Shown: in pieces, positions 7,405-12,064 of the stretch
Layout: every line of letters starts with the position of its first letter
How positions within the stretch are numbered: the first letter of the stretch is position 1
Source of the DNA: Candidatus Izemoplasmatales bacterium
GTDB taxonomy: Bacteria > Bacillota_I > Bacilli_A > Izemoplasmatales > Hujiaoplasmataceae
Direction of reading: 5' to 3'
DNA length: 12,064 nucleotides
Assembly (NCBI GenBank): GCA_050177605.1
Contig: JBFXGX010000039.1
Coordinates: 1 to 12,064, forward strand
The notes under the pieces: model-generated
What the model was told of the DNA's origin: nothing
Databases searched by the model: none
What the model saw: only the letters and a program-made list of their open reading frames with translations
Made by a program: the position numbers and the translations under genes

Positions 7405-7448
7405 AAACAAAAGAACCCTAGTTTATGGCGAGCCAAAAAACTAGGGTT
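7405..7448 (-). terminator. Rho-independent terminator separating the CPBP genes from the lipid operon
   Basis: Minus strand AACCCTAGTTT-tttggctcgccat-AAACTAGGGTT, followed by CTTTTGTTT. Confidence 0.7.
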
Positions 7449-7526
7449 AGATGAAACACAGTTACATAATAAAGGTTATTCTATACCATCTAAAGCAAAG
7501 AACAAGATAGCAGTTTACTTGATTAA

Positions 7527-8270
7527 TTAAGATACGCTTTCCTTAATGTATTGTTTAGAATAAATCAACCATAACAGATAAATGATACCAATGATGAAAA
7601 CAACTAGGCTAATGATGGTTGAAAAAATAATATCGATGTCCGACCTTGAAATTGAACTCACGGTATTGTTTAAAAAGTGATACATTATCAATGGGGTAAG
7701 GTTATGCGTTTGAATCATCAAAATCGCCAAAATGACCCCAATCAATAAAGCGAATGCGATTTGAAAAATCGTTTGTCCAACATCTTTTCCATTCAACGCA
7801 TTAATAGCATGCAAAAAGGAAAATAAGAGACTAGAGCCAAGAATGGCAACTAAATTTCCTTTTGCTTTAAGTAATTTTATCACGATTCCGCGAAAAATTG
7901 TTTCTTCCACAAAAGCCACTAATGCCATAAAGATGATAACGAAACCGAAATCTATCCAATTCAAATCAGTGGATAGTCCCGCTACTAGAGGGAGTATCGC
8001 CATGATAAACAATGGAATGTAGCGATACGAAGTTGAATTTACAATATTCTTGACTGACTTAAAGCCAACATCATTCCAAGCATTATTTCGATTGATGAAT
8101 AAAATCAGTCCTCCAGCCATGAATACATAAGCAATCAAAAGAGTGATTCTACTATCAATTCCAGTCATCATCGATACTGCTCCACCGATACTAATTACAA
8201 ATAGAAAAAGTGTTGATAGAAGGACGCTTTTAAGAATAGGGCGGCCTGTGAATGAAAATATCTTATTCAT
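7527..8270 (-). CDS. CPBP (CAAX protease / Abi) family intramembrane protease
   Basis: EETIFRG (EExxxR), FSFLH (FxxxH) and HFLNN (HxxxN); multi-TM; GGAGG RBS. Confidence 0.92.
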   Translation of the reverse strand: MNKIFSFTGRPILKSVLLSTLFLFVISIGGAVSMMTGIDSRITLLIAYVFMAGGLILFINRNNAWNDVGFKSVKNIVNSTSYRYIPLFIMAILPLVAGLSTDLNWIDFGFVIIFMALVAFVEETIFRGIVIKLLKAKGNLVAILGSSLLFSFLHAINALNGKDVGQTIFQIAFALLIGVILAILMIQTHNLTPLIMYHFLNNTVSSISRSDIDIIFSTIISLVVFIIGIIYLLWLIYSKQYIKESVS

Positions 8271-8337
8271 CTATTAAATCCTCCGTCATAATAAAAAATG
8301 AAAATAATATTTTGATAATATATAAATTATAGAACGC

Positions 8338-9063
8338 CTAACCTATTAATATTGTTACCATAATGGTCGAACCAACAGCTATAAAATTTGATAGTGAATG
8401 CATCATCATCGGATAGAGTATGCTTTTTGTTTTTTCAAAACAATGGCCATAAATTAATCCTAACGCGATTGCATAGATTACTTGAAACAGGGAATACGAT
8501 AAATTAAAAGGTGAGAACGAAACCCCTACGTGCGCTAAACCAAAAATGATTGCTGCAAGCAGGTTTGCGGTACTCATTTTTCCTTTAAAGATTCTCCCGG
8601 GAATAACGAGTGCAATCATGCCAATACCAAATGCCCGAAAAATGAGTTCCTCTGATGGACCAGATAGAAATAGTTGAAATCCTAGATATCCAAAAACATT
8701 CGTAGAATTGATATCAAATTGAAATGGTTGAAATCCACTAGTAGCGAATGTAATCGCATAACCAATCAATGTATAGATAAGAAAAAACAATGAAAATCGC
8801 CATACATAGACAAAACCTTTTTTTACATCCCCTAACCCCAAATGAAATTTAACACCTGGAACCCAATGTTTTGCAAGAAAGAAGAGTGGAACAAACATCA
8901 AAGCTTGTGCGAGATGATGAACACTTATCCACCAAAAGGATCCATCTGGATCTATGTATGTATTAGGAATTTTATTTGCAATTTCTCCTGCAATCATTGG
9001 TATTCCTAATAACAGAAGAACAATCAGAAAAACAAAAGTAGTTTGAATAAAAATCTTCTTCAT
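8338..9063 (-). CDS. CPBP (CAAX protease / Abi) family intramembrane protease
   Basis: EELIFRA, FGLAH and HSLSN motifs; multi-TM; weak, distant RBS (AAGGT). Confidence 0.92.
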   Translation of the reverse strand: MKKIFIQTTFVFLIVLLLLGIPMIAGEIANKIPNTYIDPDGSFWWISVHHLAQALMFVPLFFLAKHWVPGVKFHLGLGDVKKGFVYVWRFSLFFLIYTLIGYAITFATSGFQPFQFDINSTNVFGYLGFQLFLSGPSEELIFRAFGIGMIALVIPGRIFKGKMSTANLLAAIIFGLAHVGVSFSPFNLSYSLFQVIYAIALGLIYGHCFEKTKSILYPMMMHSLSNFIAVGSTIMVTILIG

Positions 9064-9215
9064 ATGCGTTAATTTACCTTTTCTTATATAAATATGCGTA
9101 AATTAGAAAAACAATCCATTTGAATGTTATTCTTTCGCACTCAAAAACATAAATCTAAAAGCAAGAGTATATACTTAATCGCTAACAAACTGTTCCGATT
9201 TGATAAGTGAAAGAT

Positions 9216-9974
9216 CTAGATTTCTTGCCTTCTAAAAATCAGAAAACTCCATAAAAACAACAAGACCATTCCTACTATAGTTGATATGAGACAGATGATT
9301 CCTGTAGACAAGGATATTGTTCCAGATAAGATACCATTAACAAGCGATATCGCTCCTGAAGGATTGAATTTTGTCATAGTTTCAGAGATGTTTAAAAGAT
9401 TCAAGAAGGCATATCCTGTAAATCCAATTAGCGCTGCGACAGTTGGAGTTTTAGCGATAACACTTGCAAATATCGCGAATGATATATAAAACAAACCCAT
9501 TAGCCATATCAATACGACAGATAGTAACCAACCTTCATAGATTACTTCTTGAAATAGAATTTGGGTATAAAACATTCCAATCAAAAGCGTTACACCCCAA
9601 CTGGCTGTCCAAATAATTGCGCCAGCAATGAATTTACCGAACAAAAATTGAAATCTTGATACTCTTTTGGTTAAAACAAGTAAAATTGATCCTTTGACTT
9701 TCTCCTGGGCAACTGTTCCGGTCATCATAATCAAAAACACGATGAGGCACAAAGACGTTGTATTCTTATAAATTTGAATCCAAGCATCACGAAAAGTAGG
9801 ATCTGGAAAAGATATTTGAACATCGGAAGCTACGGCAGACAATAGTTCATTCATATATTTCGCTGTTAACGGACTTAATATAGCAAAAAAAGCAAAGATA
9901 CTTAGAACAATAATTAATTTGGGTGTTTTTACAAATTCTTGAAGTTCTTTTTTTACAAACTGGACATTAAACAT
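9216..9974 (-). CDS. ABC-2 type transporter permease (YxlG-like)
   Basis: About 6 TM segments, KKELQE N-terminus, QEKVKGS...SRFQFLFGKF motif and terminal FRRQEI. The start overlaps the ATPase 3' end by 8 bp. Confidence 0.9.
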   Translation of the reverse strand: MFNVQFVKKELQEFVKTPKLIIVLSIFAFFAILSPLTAKYMNELLSAVASDVQISFPDPTFRDAWIQIYKNTTSLCLIVFLIMMTGTVAQEKVKGSILLVLTKRVSRFQFLFGKFIAGAIIWTASWGVTLLIGMFYTQILFQEVIYEGWLLSVVLIWLMGLFYISFAIFASVIAKTPTVAALIGFTGYAFLNLLNISETMTKFNPSGAISLVNGILSGTISLSTGIICLISTIVGMVLLFLWSFLIFRRQEI

Positions 9975-10899
9975 TTTCGTTCACCACCTTGAAAAAAATA
10001 TCCTCAAGCGTCGATTCAACGATAGCGAACTTACGAATCATTAATCGTTCACGATGAATCAAGGCATACATTTCAAGACGTGCTTGATCCAAGTCATTTG
10101 TTTGAATCAGCGCTTTTGTGCCATCGATATGAATCGAATCTACCCATGGTTCGTCTTTGACTAACGTTTGAAAATAGGTTGCATCCATCTGATCAAAATC
10201 AATTTCAATCGTCCTTGAAATGGATAACTGACGAATGTGTTCTATTGTGTCTTCTAGCAATGCTACACCATCTTTGATGATGACAACACGATCGCAAACA
10301 CGCTCCACATCAGCTAAAATATGTGTAGAGAAAAATACAGTTACTTTTCCAGCAAGGGAAGCAATAATGTCCATGACTTCCTTTCTACCCATTGGATCTA
10401 GAGCAGATACTGGTTCATCAAGCAAGATAATCTTTGGATTATTAATCAAAGCTTGAGCAATCCCAAGGCGTTGTTTCATACCACGTGAATACGCGCCAAT
10501 CTTCTTCTTGGCATTTTTTGTTAACCCGACGATCTCTAGCAATTCCTTGATTCTACTTGCCAACTGACTCGGTTCAATATGATATAAACTTCCACTAAAA
10601 GATAAAAATTCTTTCGCGTTCATCCAATCATAAAATCCAGGAACATCAGGCAAAAATCCAATTTGATCTCGATATTGGTCGCTTCCGAATGTTAATTTGT
10701 TACCAAAAATCTCGATTTCACCAGCAGTCGGTTCTGTCATACCAATAATCATTTTAAGGGTCGTCGTCTTACCCGCACCATTGGGACCTAAAAAACCATA
10801 TATTGATCCTTCAGGAACATTCAAATTAAGGTGATTGACAGCATTCATGCCGTGATAGTCTTTGACAAGATTTTTAATTGTCACCGCTGATCTCATCAT
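9967..10899 (-). CDS. ABC transporter ATP-binding protein (YxlF-like exporter)
   Basis: Walker A GPNGAGKT, signature YSRGMKQR, Walker B ILLDEP, D-loop SALD and H-loop STH. The start could be the second ATG at 10896. Confidence 0.95.
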   Translation of the reverse strand: MMRSAVTIKNLVKDYHGMNAVNHLNLNVPEGSIYGFLGPNGAGKTTTLKMIIGMTEPTAGEIEIFGNKLTFGSDQYRDQIGFLPDVPGFYDWMNAKEFLSFSGSLYHIEPSQLASRIKELLEIVGLTKNAKKKIGAYSRGMKQRLGIAQALINNPKIILLDEPVSALDPMGRKEVMDIIASLAGKVTVFFSTHILADVERVCDRVVIIKDGVALLEDTIEHIRQLSISRTIEIDFDQMDATYFQTLVKDEPWVDSIHIDGTKALIQTNDLDQARLEMYALIHRERLMIRKFAIVESTLEDIFFKVVNENV

Positions 10900-11095
10900 T
10901 ACCTCCTCCTACGGCAAAGTAAACGATGGATCCAATCATAGTGCCAAACACGATGATTACAACCCAAATCCATTTGTTTTTGAAACGAACAGTTTCACGT
11001 TTTCTTAAGTTAACTAAAGCAAAAATTTGTAAAAATAGTTGAACAATGAGTAATGGCGCGAGCAAAGGTAAAAGTTTGATTAGTTCTTCAGACAT
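10874..11095 (-). CDS. Small PLDc_N-domain membrane protein (YxlE-like)
   Basis: 73 aa with two TM helices: LLAPLLIVQLFLQIFALVNL and KWIWVVIIVFGTMIGSIVYFAVG. AAAGGAG RBS. Its 3' end encodes the ATPase RBS AGGAGGAGGT. Confidence 0.88.
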   Translation of the reverse strand: MSEELIKLLPLLAPLLIVQLFLQIFALVNLRKRETVRFKNKWIWVVIIVFGTMIGSIVYFAVGGGNDEISGDN

Positions 11096-11131
11096 AAGAA
11101 TCTCCTTTTTGAATACTCAATTTTAATATTT

Positions 11132-11668
11132 TTATTTCTGTGTAGTAGTTAAAATAGTTGATATCTTTCTCAGTTTTCTTTCTGGTGCTGATTGCTTGTC
11201 AACGCGTTTAAGAAAGACTTGATTTATCTCTTTCATCATCTCAATTAATTCTTCATCTGTCAAAAGCAGCGATATACTCGTGAATCCAATGTTCTTTTTG
11301 ATGTTATCTATAACATTTGGCGTTGTAACACAAGAATGAAAATCTGTTAAGATATTCAGTATATATTGCGAAAAAATTGTAGATAAATCATCGATGGTAA
11401 TGGTATTAATCTGATTATTGATTGTTTGTGAAGGATTTTCCTTCATAGCATAAACTTTCTCCAAGATTCCTCGAACCTTGTTCTCAGAAACGACCTGGAT
11501 AACGTCGTTGTTCAAAAGACCTTTTAAATGACGATATAGCGTAGCTTGTGGAATATCACCACAAGCCAAAGAAAGCTCCTTTGTAGTAGCTGTCTTTTTT
11601 ATACTCAATTCTTGGATGATTTTGATTCTTACTGGGTCCATGATACTTCGAATTGCTGCGATGTTCAT
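11132..11668 (-). CDS. ArsR-like winged HTH (HTH_20) transcriptional regulator, 178 aa
   Basis: MDPVRIKIIQEL...TTKEL...DIPQATLYRHLKGL...VRGILEKVY. Start reassigned from 11752 to the ATG at 11668, which has AAAAGGAGG 6 nt upstream. Confidence 0.88.
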   Translation of the reverse strand: MNIAAIRSIMDPVRIKIIQELSIKKTATTKELSLACGDIPQATLYRHLKGLLNNDVIQVVSENKVRGILEKVYAMKENPSQTINNQINTITIDDLSTIFSQYILNILTDFHSCVTTPNVIDNIKKNIGFTSISLLLTDEELIEMMKEINQVFLKRVDKQSAPERKLRKISTILTTTQK

Positions 11669-11682
11669 AACGTTCCTCCTTT

Positions 11683-11737
11683 TATTATCAATGATTGTAA
11701 TATTATCACATATGATTATATTATCACCAATGATTAT
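11683..11737. repeat. Three tandem 18-bp palindromic units ATTATCA-N4-TGAT(T/A)AT, putative operators
   Basis: TATTATCA starts at 11683, 11701 and 11719. The units are ATTATCAatgaTTGTAAT (degenerate), ATTATCAcataTGATTAT and ATTATCAccaaTGATTAT. Confidence 0.8.
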
Positions 11738-11746
11738 ATTTGTCAA
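11718..11746 (-). promoter_or_regulatory. Sigma-A-type promoter of the HTH-PLDc_N-ABC operon
   Basis: Minus strand TTGACA (11746-11741), 17-bp spacer, TAATAT (11723-11718), preceded by TGn (extended -10). Confidence 0.75.
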
Positions 11747-12014
11747 TACCATTTATATTAATATGGAATACTTCGAGATGCCGATTCGTTGAAATTATCT
11801 AGATATCATTTTTCTCTCGATACAAAGAAAAAATGAATATATCCATTTAGAAACAGTGAAATATGACGTTATATTTAGCTTCACCATTATTTATTATCAA
11901 ACAATAATTTTGTAATCAAACTTTTCTAGTTAATTACGAACATAACAATTCAAATTACACAAATCCCAAAATATATCGAATGAAATATATTGAAAATGTG
12001 CTGGTTTATATAAT

Positions 12015-12043
12015 TTGACGCAAAAAAAGGTCTGATATAATAT
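12015..12043 (+). promoter_or_regulatory. Divergent promoter for a gene beyond the right edge
   Basis: TTGACG at 12015-12020. TGaTATAAT at 12033-12041 gives a 15-bp spacer; TAATAT at 12038-12043 gives 17 bp. Confidence 0.6.
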
Positions 12044-12064
12044 CAAACCTATGCCTTCAATATG

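Noticed and set aside
11683..11745. 18-bp repeats as a CRISPR array or iterons
   Set aside because: The units abut with no spacers, are too short, and there is no cas or rep gene in the window.
11669..11752. 28-aa N-terminal extension of the HTH regulator in the ORF track
   Set aside because: It is a translation of the operator repeats and promoter. There is no RBS at 11752, while a strong AGGAGG precedes the ATG at 11668.
9286..11761. 67-aa, 73-aa and 71-aa plus-strand ORFs (9286-9489, 10235-10456 and 11546-11761)
   Set aside because: Antisense to the permease, ATPase and HTH genes. The Cys-rich 71-aa ORF has no RBS or leader peptide, so it is not a credible bacteriocin precursor.

Overview
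AT-rich bacterial chromosomal window. It has Firmicute-type AGGAGG ribosome-binding sites and sigma-A-like promoters, and Trp is always TGG, so it looks like standard code 11; an Acholeplasmatales/Izemoplasmatales-like or other low-GC Bacillota host is my inference. Left to right: (1) a 3'-truncated XRE-HTH plus multi-transmembrane regulator on the minus strand, missing from the ORF track, with tandem operators abutting its -35; (2) a TerB-like hypothetical protein; (3) a single-Cys NADH oxidase/CoA-disulfide-reductase-family flavoprotein; (4) a membrane-anchored alpha/beta hydrolase; (5) convergent on it, a translationally coupled three-gene operon of a FakA-FakB-like (DAK2-DegV) fusion, a DUF1295 steroid-5-alpha-reductase-like protein and a DUF2177 protein; (6) two tandem CPBP/Abi intramembrane proteases; (7) a yxlEFG-like module (PLDc_N protein, ABC ATPase, permease) headed by an ArsR-like HTH gene whose promoter is tiled by three 18-bp palindromic operators. 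I saw no mobile element, CRISPR array, tRNA or rRNA. The best candidate for an undescribed system is the lipid operon at 4300-7240. All family calls come from recognising motifs by eye, not from database searches.
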